A DNA stretch of 64,000 nt, taken from Callorhinchus milii (Eukaryota). The stretch covers positions 13,516,001 to 13,580,000 of the forward strand of contig NW_024704749.1 of the NCBI RefSeq assembly GCF_018977255.1. The letters run 5' to 3'. This document shows, one piece after another, positions 63,677 to 64,000 of the stretch. Within the stretch, counting starts at the first letter, position 1; each line of letters opens with the position of its first letter. Below the pieces are notes generated by a model that did not search any database, had not been told where the DNA came from, and was given only the letters and a program-made list of their open reading frames with translations. The position numbers were made by a program, and so were the translations under genes.

Positions 63677-64000
63677 CAAAGCTTCACAGAATATACTGTA
63701 AAGTGAATTGACTATATATTTTGTGCGCGAAACATTTAAAAGGGAATTGGATTAGTAATCAAAGGGAAAGGCTGGAAAACATTATAGGGAGGAGGCAGAC
63801 AATTAGCGTAAGAATGATTAGCTTCAGTGGATCGCAAGATTGGACCTGCGCACTGACGAGTTAACTCGGTGATGCTGGGCGGAAGTCACTCCTAAAGAAT
63901 AGATGACACTTCAAAGTTCAACATCTGTTTGAAAATGTTTTAACTCTGCAAATGTTTGCGTCCTTGCCAAATCTATGGCAAACAAATGTACGTGGAGTTG

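Overview
Vertebrate nuclear DNA with spliced genes; the repeat content (Deu-type SINEs, L2, CR1) suggests a cartilaginous fish (inference). Gene order: SLC31A2/CTR2-like copper transporter (-, 4 coding exons, 3879-10573); head-to-head with it, a 20-exon EDEM3-like ER mannosidase ending in LDEL (+, 12799-25628); NELFB (+, 13 exons, 30414-36612); a convergent unidentified 8-exon gene of about 633 aa (-, 37973-44857); and two tandem single-coding-exon P2Y-family GPCRs that lack the usual nucleotide-binding arginines (+, 52589-53569 and 56560-57489). Introns and spacers hold many copies of a tRNA-Ala-derived SINE that shares its 3' tail with an L2 LINE (62293-63676), plus older DeuSINEs, CR1 ends, MITEs and simple repeats. 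Best leads: the EDEM3-like gene as a probable whole-genome-duplication paralog, the orphan gene with an in-frame upstream ORF, the divergent receptor pair, recurrent inverted SINE structures and a decayed Penelope-type hammerhead motif. Exon models were built by eye from GT-AG sites and frame continuity; no database search was run.
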